The notes beneath the pieces are model-generated. The model saw only the letters and a list, made by a program, of their open reading frames with translations, made no database searches and was not told where the DNA came from. From Spirochaetia bacterium (GTDB lineage Bacteria; Spirochaetota; Spirochaetia; SZUA-6; Bin103): a stretch of DNA of 64,000 nucleotides. The DNA is taken from NCBI GenBank assembly GCA_965203515.1, contig OZ241907.1, forward strand, positions 1,344,001-1,408,000, written 5' to 3'. Made by a program: the position numbers and the translations under genes. Shown here piece after piece: positions 55,822-64,000 of the stretch. Every line of letters starts with the position of its first letter. Position 1 is the first letter of the stretch.

Positions 55822-56930
55822 GACGTTTCTCCGTTTCGGCTGTCGGCGAGCTCGTCGAACCGACTCAGGAACTTCGTGTAGGCCGCCGTCGTCTGTTCCC
55901 GGTCCAGATCGCGCAGCGACGCTCCGGCCGCAAGCCCTCTGTTCCAGTGGATGGCGATCGGGTCGTGCGGCGCGCCTTCTTCGTGGAGATCGAACGAAAA
56001 CTCCTCCCGGGAGTCGCCGGACTCGATGTCGTCATACAGGCGTTCGCGAAACAGGTTCCACGCCTGCTCCCGAAACCGCCGGAGGTACCGCTCCGTGTCG
56101 ATCTCCGGGGTCAGGGCGAAGACGATCGACAGCCGCTCCCTGATCCTCGGAGCCAAGCCATGCGTCTGCCAGTGGCGGAACAGCACGGCGTAGTCGGTCC
56201 AGTGGCTCTCGGCGTCGACTGCGAACAGCAGGACCTGCGCACCGAGGTCGGTCACCGTAGCAGCGGCGATGTCGTGCAGGCCGCTGCGGCTTTCCAGCAG
56301 CACGATCGACGGCTCGTACCTCTCTTCCAACCGCGACAACAGTCGTTCCAGGCGAACCGTCCAGGGAACCTTGATGTCCAGGTAGACCCGACCCAACTTC
56401 GCCAGATATTCACCGGGTTCGCTGCCGTGAGCGGGAACCACGCGCACGTCGCCGTCGAGCTCCTGCGCCCACGCCGGAGCTGCGGCCATTCTTTCGGACA
56501 CGTAGTCGCCCTGTCCGACCAGGTCCTCCACGAACCAATCGGTGACGCCGAACTCCGGGCGTGCCGCCGGATCGAGCATGGCGGACGACAGCCCGGGCGA
56601 TTCCAGGTCCAGATCGACCACCAGCACGTGCTCGCCGTTGCGCGCCAGATGCCATGCCAGAACCGCCGCCGTGGTGCTGCGCCCGCGACCGCGGACGAAC
56701 GCCGTGAACTCGGCCCAGAGTTGCGGCATGTGCGCCCTGTGTTCCCGCTTGGTCGGCACTCCATGTTGCCCGACCGGCATTTCCAAGAGGCGCATGACCG
56801 CCTTCAAGCCGCATTCGGCGCTGAGCCCGTACAACTGATCCGCATTCGCCCAGCGATCGTGCCGAAAGAGCAGTTCGGCGTCCTGCCAGTGGCGGAGATG
56901 CGCGTCGTGGAAGTCGGCCGGGTGACTCAT
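55818..56930 (-). CDS. In-frame fusion: HEPN-like N-terminus :: ParA/MinD-like (KGGVGR-type) ATPase with a damaged Walker A
   Basis: DAH.RHWQDAELL..RWANADQLYGLSAECGLK, then GRSTTAAVLAWHLA..G..VLVVDLDLESPGL and LLESRSGLHD; GGGAG RBS before ATG 56930. Confidence 0.75.
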   Translation of the reverse strand: MSHPADFHDAHLRHWQDAELLFRHDRWANADQLYGLSAECGLKAVMRLLEMPVGQHGVPTKREHRAHMPQLWAEFTAFVRGRGRSTTAAVLAWHLARNGEHVLVVDLDLESPGLSSAMLDPAARPEFGVTDWFVEDLVGQGDYVSERMAAAPAWAQELDGDVRVVPAHGSEPGEYLAKLGRVYLDIKVPWTVRLERLLSRLEERYEPSIVLLESRSGLHDIAAATVTDLGAQVLLFAVDAESHWTDYAVLFRHWQTHGLAPRIRERLSIVFALTPEIDTERYLRRFREQAWNLFRERLYDDIESGDSREEFSFDLHEEGAPHDPIAIHWNRGLAAGASLRDLDREQTTAAYTKFLSRFDELADSRNGETS

Positions 56931-57029
56931 GAGCCGGCTCCCAGTATCGCCGATCGTTGCGGCCGACGCCAGCTTCGACGCCGGCGTGACCGGTCGACGC
57001 GGCGCGCACCGCCGTAGGATGATGCGGGA

Positions 57030-58100
57030 ATGAGCGATTCGGTGCGGCTTGGCGTCATCGGCTGCGGGGTCATCGGCACGATTCACCTGCGCGCGGCGGC
57101 GGAGGCGCCGGAGGTCACGCTGGCCGCGGTCGCCGACCGGATCGCCGGCCGTGCGCAGGAGGCAGCCGACCGGTTCGGGGCGGGGCGGGCCTACGCCGCG
57201 CCGGAAGCGCTGATCGCCGATCCCGACGTGGAGGCGGTGGTGTTGGCCCTGCCCGCGGCGGGACGGGCTCAGATCGCCGTGCAGGCGCTCGCGGCCGGCA
57301 AGCACGTGCTGGTGGAGAAGCCGCCGGCAATGCATGCCGGCGAGGTGGAGATGATGCTGGCCGCTCAGGGCGACCGGATCGCCGCCTGCTGCTCCTCCCG
57401 GCGCCGCTTCTACGAATCCAGCGACGCCGCCGCGGCGTGCGTCGCCGCCGGCGAGCTGGGCGATCTGCGTGAGGTCTACTGCCGCGTGCTGCAAGGCGCG
57501 GCGGCGCCGCCCGACACCGCGCCGCCGCCGTGGCGGGTGAGCCGCACGCTGAACGGCGGCGGCATCGCCGCCAACTGGACCTCCTACGACCTCGACTACC
57601 TGCTGGGGCTCACCGGCTGGCGGCTGCGGCCGGAGCTGACCCTGGCCCGCACTTGGCCGGTCGCCGGACACCTGGCGTCCCGCGTGGCGCCCGGCTCCGA
57701 TGGCGAGAGCCACTACACCGCGCTGATCCTCTGCGCGGGCGGCGCGGCGCTCCACCTGGAACGGAGCGAGTTCAGCGCCGTGCGGAGCGAGCAGGCGTGG
57801 CAGGTGATCGGCAGCCGCGGGTCACTGCGCCTGCGGATGGAGCCGCGCGGGCACAAGCGGATCGTCCTGGACACGGCGACCGACGCGGACGGCGTAGCGA
57901 GCCGCGTGATCTGGGAAGGGAGCGAGGACCCGCGGCTGCAGCACCGCCGGCCGGTGACCGACTTCTGCCGGGCCATCCGCGGCGGCGGACCTCCCAAGAC
58001 CACCCTGCGCCAGGCGCTGGTGATCCAGCGCATCCTGGACAGCATCTACGCGTCCGCGGAACGCGGCGCCGCCGTGGCGGTGCCCGGCGGCTCCACGTGA
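57030..58100 (+). CDS. Gfo/Idh/MocA family oxidoreductase
   Basis: GVIGCGVIG, AGKHVLVEKP, GGG....Y.LD. Confidence 0.92.
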   Translation: MSDSVRLGVIGCGVIGTIHLRAAAEAPEVTLAAVADRIAGRAQEAADRFGAGRAYAAPEALIADPDVEAVVLALPAAGRAQIAVQALAAGKHVLVEKPPAMHAGEVEMMLAAQGDRIAACCSSRRRFYESSDAAAACVAAGELGDLREVYCRVLQGAAAPPDTAPPPWRVSRTLNGGGIAANWTSYDLDYLLGLTGWRLRPELTLARTWPVAGHLASRVAPGSDGESHYTALILCAGGAALHLERSEFSAVRSEQAWQVIGSRGSLRLRMEPRGHKRIVLDTATDADGVASRVIWEGSEDPRLQHRRPVTDFCRAIRGGGPPKTTLRQALVIQRILDSIYASAERGAAVAVPGGST

Positions 58101-58210
58101 TACCTGTAATACCAAGTAATCCGATCACACGGCGATCCGAACCGGACACCGAAACCCGCAAGCGCCTTCGTCGAGCCGGAACACGGCTCCGTACCGGAGA
58201 GGAGCAATCT

Positions 58211-58921
58211 GTGCAACGAACCGCAGTGCAGCGCATTCGAGACGTAGCGATCATCGTGCAGGCCGTGGGGATGACGGGGGTGTACGTCGCCGTCATCGTG
58301 CTGGTGATAATCCTCTACCAGCCGCTGCGCACGTCCTTGCGCGCCGTGGCGACGGCCACGACCGCCGTCGCCGCGACGGCGGAGACGGTCCGCACCACGG
58401 TCGACGATATCGCCGGCCAGATGTCCGCCGCGGCCGGCGAGGTGGGCGCATCGTTGACCGGCGCCGCCGATGACTTGGCCAGTGCCGTCGATGAGGTAAC
58501 CACGGAGCTGACCACCGCCGCCGGCGAGCTTTCCGACGCCGCCGGCTCGGTAGGCGATACGGTGTCGAGCGCCGCGGATCAGGTTGCCGCGGAGCTGACC
58601 GGCGCCGCCGAAAGTGCCGCCGGCGCGGTCGCCGCCGAGGCGGCCGCCGGGGCGGGTGCAGCCGGGGCGGCGGTCGACGCCGCCGCCGATACGGTCGCTA
58701 CCGGGATAGCCGGCGCTACGGATGCGGCCGCCGCCGAGCTGGCGGGCGCCGCCGGCACCGAGTCTTCCGCCGGGCCTTCCACCGGATCTGCCACCGGGAT
58801 CGTCGAGGACGCGGTCCTTCAGGATGCCGACCGGCTGTTCGCGTACGCTGACCGGCTGTTCGCCTACATGGACCGGCTGCTCGAGTACTCCGACCGACTG
58901 CAGGCCCAGCCCGCGCCGTAA
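58211..58921 (+). CDS. Membrane-anchored Ala/Thr-rich helical repeat protein
   Basis: GGAGAGGAG RBS before GTG; one N-terminal TM segment, amphipathic repeats, C-terminal DRLFAY repeats. Confidence 0.7.
   Translation: MQRTAVQRIRDVAIIVQAVGMTGVYVAVIVLVIILYQPLRTSLRAVATATTAVAATAETVRTTVDDIAGQMSAAAGEVGASLTGAADDLASAVDEVTTELTTAAGELSDAAGSVGDTVSSAADQVAAELTGAAESAAGAVAAEAAAGAGAAGAAVDAAADTVATGIAGATDAAAAELAGAAGTESSAGPSTGSATGIVEDAVLQDADRLFAYADRLFAYMDRLLEYSDRLQAQPAP
58829..58900 (+). repeat. 21-bp coding tandem repeat (~3.4 copies)
   Basis: GACCGGCTGTTCGCGTACGCT / ...GCCTACATG / GACCGGCTGCTCGAGTACTCC / GACCGACTG. Confidence 0.85.
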
Positions 58922-58947
58922 CCGTCAGACCCGCCGACGCGCACCGG

Positions 58948-60714
58948 TCAATGCAGACCGGTGACGCGACCGGTGGCCGCGTCGACGTCGATGCGGCGGA
59001 ACGCCGGGTCGGAGGCGGTGCCCGGCATCAGCGTTACGTCGCCCGCGACCGGCACCGCAAGTCCCGCGCCGTGATAGAGCAGGATGTCCCGCACCGGCAG
59101 CTCCCAGCCGGTGGGCCGCCCTTTCAGCGCCGGGTCGTGGCTGAGGCTGAGGTGGGTCTTGACCATGCAGGTCCCGAATCCCGCCAGTTCCGGTTGCGAC
59201 TCCACCTCCGCCAACCGGGCTCGGGCCTCCGGTCGATAGGTGACGCCGGCGCCGCCGTACACCTCGGTCGCAATCCGCTCGATGCGCTCCCGCAGCGGCA
59301 GCGTTTCAGGATAGAGATAGCGGAAGTCGGCCGGCTCATCGCACGCCGCGGCCACCGCCTCCGCCAGCTCGCGCGCTCCGGCGCCGCCGTGACGCCAGTG
59401 GCGGCTCACCACGCAGGCGGCTCCCTGCGCCTCCACAGCCCGCCGCACCAGCGCCACCTCCTCGTCGGTGTCGGTGACGAAGTGGTTGATGCAGACCACC
59501 GCCGGCAAGCCGCTCTTCCGCACCGTAGCGACGTGCGCCAGCAGATTGGCGACCCCCCGCTCCACCAGCGCCGGGTTGCCCTCCGTATAGGCCGCATCCA
59601 GCGGCTTGCCCGGCGCCACCCGCGGGCCGCCGCCGTGCATCTTCAACGCCCGGATCGTCGCCACCACCACCGCGCAGTCGGGCTTCAGTCCGCTGAGCCG
59701 GCACTTGAGGTTCCAGAACTTCTCGAAGCCGATGTCCGCGCCGAATCCGCTCTCGGTCACGTGGTAGTCGGCGAGCTTCAACCCGACGCGGTCGGCGATG
59801 ATCGACGACTGGCCGATGGCGATGTTCGCGAACGGGCCGGCGTGCACCAGTATCGGCTGGCCCTCGACCGTCTGCATCAGGTTGGGGTTGATCGCGCGCG
59901 CCATGATGGCGGCCATGGCGCCGTCCACCTCCAGGTCCGCGGTCGTGACCGCGCTCCCGTCGCGGGCGCGGGCCACCACCATGCGCCCCAACCGCGACCG
60001 CAGGTCGGCCAGGTCGGCGGCCACGGCCAGGATCGCCATCACCTCCGACGACACCGATATCTGGAATCGGCTGCGCATCATGAGCCCGTCCATCCGGCCG
60101 CCGAGCCCGATGACGATGTCGCGCAGCGCCTGCGCGCTGAAGTCGATGGCCCATCCCATGGTCACGGTGCGGGCGTCGACGTCCAGGCGCCGGAGCTTCT
60201 TGCGGGCCAGGGTCCGGTCGCCGTAGTTGGCTTCATGCTGCATGCGGCTGGTCAGCGCGACCATCGCCAGGTTGTGGGCGTTGGTGACGGCGTCGATGTC
60301 CCCGGTCAGCCCCAGGCTGAGATCGTTCAGCGGAATGCACTGCGCCAGTCCGCCGCCGGCCGCCGAGCCCTTGACGTTGAAGGTCGGCCCCCCCGACGGC
60401 TGGCGGATCGCGCCGGCGACCCGTTTGCCGATGGCGGCCAGCCCCTGGACCAGACCGATCGTGGTGGTGGTCTTGCCCTCGCCCAACGTGGTGGGGGTGA
60501 TGGCGGTGACGTCGACGTACTTGCCGTCCGGGGCGTTCGCGAGCCGCTCCAGCACGCGCGCCTGGTCGACCTTGGCGACGTGGTGGCCGTACGGCAGCGT
60601 CTCGCGCGGTTCGAGCCCCAGCTCGGCCGCGAGCCGCTGCACGCTCTTCATGCCGCGTTCGGCGGCCTCGCTGATCTGCCAGTCCGCCATCGTGACGGGA
60701 TCCAGGGTGTTCAT
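58948..60714 (-). CDS. fhs: Formate--tetrahydrofolate ligase
   Basis: [55 protein letters not shown]. Confidence 0.96.
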   Translation of the reverse strand: MNTLDPVTMADWQISEAAERGMKSVQRLAAELGLEPRETLPYGHHVAKVDQARVLERLANAPDGKYVDVTAITPTTLGEGKTTTTIGLVQGLAAIGKRVAGAIRQPSGGPTFNVKGSAAGGGLAQCIPLNDLSLGLTGDIDAVTNAHNLAMVALTSRMQHEANYGDRTLARKKLRRLDVDARTVTMGWAIDFSAQALRDIVIGLGGRMDGLMMRSRFQISVSSEVMAILAVAADLADLRSRLGRMVVARARDGSAVTTADLEVDGAMAAIMARAINPNLMQTVEGQPILVHAGPFANIAIGQSSIIADRVGLKLADYHVTESGFGADIGFEKFWNLKCRLSGLKPDCAVVVATIRALKMHGGGPRVAPGKPLDAAYTEGNPALVERGVANLLAHVATVRKSGLPAVVCINHFVTDTDEEVALVRRAVEAQGAACVVSRHWRHGGAGARELAEAVAAACDEPADFRYLYPETLPLRERIERIATEVYGGAGVTYRPEARARLAEVESQPELAGFGTCMVKTHLSLSHDPALKGRPTGWELPVRDILLYHGAGLAVPVAGDVTLMPGTASDPAFRRIDVDAATGRVTGLH

Positions 60715-60762
60715 CGCAATGGTTCCTCGCTTCGCATCCTTCGCGTCGGCGGCGCGCGGCTT

Positions 60763-61920
60763 CTATCGGCTCAGGAAGCCCAGGTCCTCGCGCAGCCGGG
60801 CCCGCACGTGCGCTTCATCGGCGACGAGTCCCAGGCCGGGCGCTTCGGTCAGCCGCACCTGACCGTCCCGGATCAGGTGGCCGTCCGGCCCGAGCGGACT
60901 GGCGTCGGGCTCTGCGGCGCGTACGTAGCCGGGCCAGTGCGGATCATGGTGAAAGTGATACTCCAGCACCAGGAAGTTGGGTACCGCGGCGCAGACGTGC
61001 GCCATCGCGTACGTGCCGACCGGGGAGCAGACGTTGTGCGGCGCCAGCGGCAGGTAGTAGAGATCGCCGAGCTCGGCGATCCGCTGGCCCTCGGCCAGAC
61101 CGCCCGCCTTGGCCAGATCCGGGCAGATGATGTCGGCCGCCTGGGTCTCCACCAACTCGCGGAAGCCGTGCCGGGTGTAGAAGTTCTCCCCGGTGCAGAT
61201 CGGCAGCCGGGTGCGGCGCTTCACCTCGCGCATGGCGGCGACGTTCTCCGGCGGGATCGGGTCCTCCAGCCACAGCAGGTCGAGCCCCTCCAGGCGATGG
61301 GCGACCTTGAGGATATCGACCGGCGGATAGTTCCAGTGCGCGTCGATGGCCAGCTCGGTGGCCGGATCGATCCCCTCGCGCAGCGCCGTCACCACCGCGA
61401 CGTAGTGATCGATCTCCGCGGTACTGAGCCCCTTGCTGTGCCGGTCGCGCATCTGCGGCAGCGGATCGATGTCGAACTTCAACGCGCTGAAGCCGCACGC
61501 CTCCACCGCCCGCGCCTTGGCCGCGTACGATGCGGGGGTCTCCTCGTCGCCGGCGTGGCAATCGGCGTAGACGCGGACCGTGTCCCGGTAGCGCCCGCCC
61601 AGCAGCCGCCAGATCGGCTGGCCGCACGCTTGGCCGGCGATGTCCCACAGGGCCATCTCGATGCCGCTGATGGCGCTCATCACCGCCCCCTGGTAGTAGC
61701 CGGAGGCGGACATGGCGCCCATCATGTCCCGGAACAGCGCGTTGACGTCGCGCGGGTCCCGGCCGATGAGCGCGCGCGTCAGACGATCGTCGACGGCGAT
61801 CTGGTGCACGCCGGCGCCGTGGTACGCCTCGCCAAGGCCGGTGATGCCCGCGTCGGTGCGCACCCTGATCAGAACCCACGACGACTCGACCAGAGCCGAG
61901 CCGACCTGCGTGATACGCAT
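60763..61920 (-). CDS. Mandelate racemase/muconate lactonizing enzyme family protein
   Basis: GLGEAY, ISGIEMALWDI.G, KFD, IDAHW, WLEDP, TGEN, PD..K.GG, APHN. Confidence 0.9.
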   Translation of the reverse strand: MRITQVGSALVESSWVLIRVRTDAGITGLGEAYHGAGVHQIAVDDRLTRALIGRDPRDVNALFRDMMGAMSASGYYQGAVMSAISGIEMALWDIAGQACGQPIWRLLGGRYRDTVRVYADCHAGDEETPASYAAKARAVEACGFSALKFDIDPLPQMRDRHSKGLSTAEIDHYVAVVTALREGIDPATELAIDAHWNYPPVDILKVAHRLEGLDLLWLEDPIPPENVAAMREVKRRTRLPICTGENFYTRHGFRELVETQAADIICPDLAKAGGLAEGQRIAELGDLYYLPLAPHNVCSPVGTYAMAHVCAAVPNFLVLEYHFHHDPHWPGYVRAAEPDASPLGPDGHLIRDGQVRLTEAPGLGLVADEAHVRARLREDLGFLSR

Positions 61921-61999
61921 GCGGCGAGTATACCCCGCGCCCGCGAAACGCTACATGCCGCCGGCTAAGCTTCCTTGCCGCCGGCTGCTCCGCTACCCG

Positions 62000-63229
62000 C
62001 TACCGCAAGCCCATGCGCGACAGGATCATCTCCAGCGCCACGCCGTCGAACAGGGCGCCGCAGTGGTTGGAGCCGACCGTGGCGTTCCAGCGCTTGTCGT
62101 GGCCGGCCGCCGACTCGATGTCTTCGAACACCCGCATGGTGTCTCCCAACGCCCAGTTCTCGTCGCCGTCGCGGCCGCGCACGTCCATGGCGAAGTCGAC
62201 CGGATGGTCGATGTCCCAGTCGCCGTCGGCGAACGCTAAGCCGCTCTCGTCGAACGGGGCGTAGGGTTCGGCGGCCGCGCCCCGTCGCGGGATGGCGCAG
62301 GCCTGCGTGGCGTGCACGTGGTTGATCACGGCCTGATACAGCCGGAAGTTCGGAATCGGACGGGGCAGGTCGCAACGGCTCCCTTCCCCGAGAGCGGCGC
62401 AATCGGCGTCGGCGCTGCAGACGACGCCGGCATCCAGATCGCAACGGCCCGAAGTGTAGGTGCGCAGGCCGCAGCCGGCGTTGATGTCCCAGAGCGGCGG
62501 CCCGCCGCTGAACAGTTGGTAATCGACCACGTCGTCCACGTCGTACCAGTAGACGGCGCCGAACGTGGCCTGCGTGCCCATGCTGCACCCGACGGTGCCG
62601 AACGCTCCGGGCCCCGCCAGATGCTCGTGCACCCAGGCGATGACGCTGGCGACGCGTCCGGTGAGGTTCGGAATGCGGGACGCTTCGGCCGAGGTGCGGG
62701 TGAACCATCCCCAGGTGCCCCGGAAACCGGGCTCCCACCGCACCATGACGGTGCCGGCCTCGGAGCGCTCCTCGATCGCTTGAGCCAGCGGCGACAGATA
62801 GCCGGTCCCGCCCAAGCCGCCGTGCAGCAGCAGCGTCTGGTCGCCGCCGCGGTCGGTCGCGTATGACACGTGGCCGCCCATGCCGTCGACCACGAACGCC
62901 AGCGCCCGTCTGGGAGCGCCGCGCACGGACCGGTCCGGCACGTGGCACTCGCGCCAGTCGTCACAGGACTCCTGGCATCGCCACGTGACGTGGTAGTCGC
63001 CGTGCCGGTCCGACTTCGACTTGGTGACGGCAAACGCGGAGTCCGGATGGCGGGGATTGGGTATCCGGCAGATCTGGACCCCCGCCGCCAGCTCCAGGAC
63101 ACGGCCGGACGAGCCGGCGCCGGCGCCGGCCGCCGGCGCCTGTGACGAGACGTGTCCGGCGCAAGCCATGAGCAGGCCCGTACCGGCCAGCACGACGATC
63201 GCGGACTTCGGCGTTGCCCATGCGTTCAT
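62000..63229 (-). CDS. Putative Cys-rich lipoprotein with alpha/beta-hydrolase-like motifs
   Basis: GGAGG RBS, LLMAC lipobox-like, LLHGGLGG, GCSMG, C-terminal NHC. Confidence 0.6.
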   Translation of the reverse strand: MNAWATPKSAIVVLAGTGLLMACAGHVSSQAPAAGAGAGSSGRVLELAAGVQICRIPNPRHPDSAFAVTKSKSDRHGDYHVTWRCQESCDDWRECHVPDRSVRGAPRRALAFVVDGMGGHVSYATDRGGDQTLLLHGGLGGTGYLSPLAQAIEERSEAGTVMVRWEPGFRGTWGWFTRTSAEASRIPNLTGRVASVIAWVHEHLAGPGAFGTVGCSMGTQATFGAVYWYDVDDVVDYQLFSGGPPLWDINAGCGLRTYTSGRCDLDAGVVCSADADCAALGEGSRCDLPRPIPNFRLYQAVINHVHATQACAIPRRGAAAEPYAPFDESGLAFADGDWDIDHPVDFAMDVRGRDGDENWALGDTMRVFEDIESAAGHDKRWNATVGSNHCGALFDGVALEMILSRMGLR

Positions 63230-63337
63230 GGCCTCCGTTGATAACCCGCGGCGGGCGGCCCCTGCAACCGCCCGGATCGATCCACTTGACCGAACGCCGC
63301 AAACCGTGAACACGTGACCGGCGTCAGGAGGATGCGG

Positions 63338-64000
63338 GTGAGCGAGCATGATCGGGACACGCGCGTTTGGGGTTCGGGCAGCCATCGCTACCGCCCGGTG
63401 CCCGGCTGGGGCACGGGGCCGGACGGCCGCGAGCCCGGCGGGATGGTGACCGGCGTGGCGGTCGGCGCCGGCGACGCCGACCGCGACCGGCTGTACGCCT
63501 TCCAGCGAGACCCGGTGGGCGAGGTCCTCGTCTACGAGCGCGACGGCCGCTTCGTGGACTCGTGGGGCGCCGGCGTGTTCGCCGAAGCGCACAACGTCTC
63601 GGTCAGCGGCGACGGGCGCGTGCTCTGCACCGACCGCAACGACCACACGGTGCGGGTCTTCAGCCGCGACGGCCGCCTGCTGCGGACCCTGGGGACCGTC
63701 GACCGGGCCGGCGCGCCGGGCGAGCCGTTCGACAAGCCGTGCCAGGCGGTCGTCGATCCCGACACCGGCGCCATATGGGTCGCCGACGGTTACGGCAACG
63801 CGCGCATCCACCGCTTCTCGACCGACGGCGCGCCGGAGCTCTCCTTCGGCGCCGCCGGCAGCGACGGCGGGCAGTTCGATCTGCCGCACAGCCTGGCGCT
63901 GGACCGGCGCGGCCGGCTGGTGGTGGTAGACCGAGAGAACCACCGGCTGCAACTGTTCGGCCGCGACGGCCGCCTGCTGGCGGTGTGGGGCGCCGGCGAC
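63338..64000 (+). CDS. NHL-repeat beta-propeller protein (peptidyl-alpha-hydroxyglycine lyase-like), runs off the window
   Basis: Manual translation: ...FDKPCQAVVDP..IWVADGYGNARIHRF..GQFDLPHSLALD..VVDRENHRLQLF; AGGAGG RBS. Confidence 0.88.
   Translation, partial: MSEHDRDTRVWGSGSHRYRPVPGWGTGPDGREPGGMVTGVAVGAGDADRDRLYAFQRDPVGEVLVYERDGRFVDSWGAGVFAEAHNVSVSGDGRVLCTDRNDHTVRVFSRDGRLLRTLGTVDRAGAPGEPFDKPCQAVVDPDTGAIWVADGYGNARIHRFSTDGAPELSFGAAGSDGGQFDLPHSLALDRRGRLVVVDRENHRLQLFGRDGRLLAVWGAGD

Noticed and set aside
56931..57755. N-terminal 275 aa of the 645-aa ORF
   Set aside because: Mostly antisense to the Gfo/Idh/MocA gene; the RBS and domain start point to 56930
58951..61968. 1005-aa plus-strand ORF and many other long antisense or alternate-frame ORFs
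   Set aside because: Shadow ORFs of high-GC genes (here fhs and the MR/MLE gene); Arg/Gly/Pro-rich with no motifs
1..64000. tRNA, rRNA or riboswitch
   Set aside because: No recognisable cloverleaf or conserved RNA motif in the short intergenic regions; a covariance-model scan would be needed to exclude them

Overview
Very GC-rich bacterial DNA, densely coding, with no rRNA, tRNA or CRISPR array visible. The gene mix (many ABC transporters, PhyH-like dioxygenases, enolase-superfamily dehydratases, sialidase/heparinase-like proteins, Uma2 and Rpn nucleases) resembles host-associated marine symbiont genomes; this is an inference only. Main blocks: (1) 1.0-11.1 kb iron/heme cluster (ctaA-like and imelysin/EfeO-like genes divergent from FTR1-hemA-hemQ-hemE-hemH-hemY); (2) 11.1-13.2 kb scar region with a 97-bp direct repeat, a quasi-periodic palindromic motif, a deleted HNH/DUF222-type gene remnant and a truncated GDP-fucose-synthase-like gene; (3) 13-39 kb and 43-54 kb sugar-acid/peptide catabolism and transport; (4) 39.6-42.8 kb two near-identical rpn (PD-(D/E)XK) copies, one fused in frame to the complete HD nuclease domain of a type I Cas3, with a 1-nt deletion that restores the frame and an internal RpnS-like start; (5) 54.3-56.9 kb probable defence operon with a HEPN-like::ParA-like in-frame fusion followed by a large P-loop ATPase; (6) fhs and other metabolic genes. 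Many genes have a TANNNT element 6-7 nt before the start codon, suggesting leaderless transcription. All family assignments come from motif recognition by eye; no searches were run.
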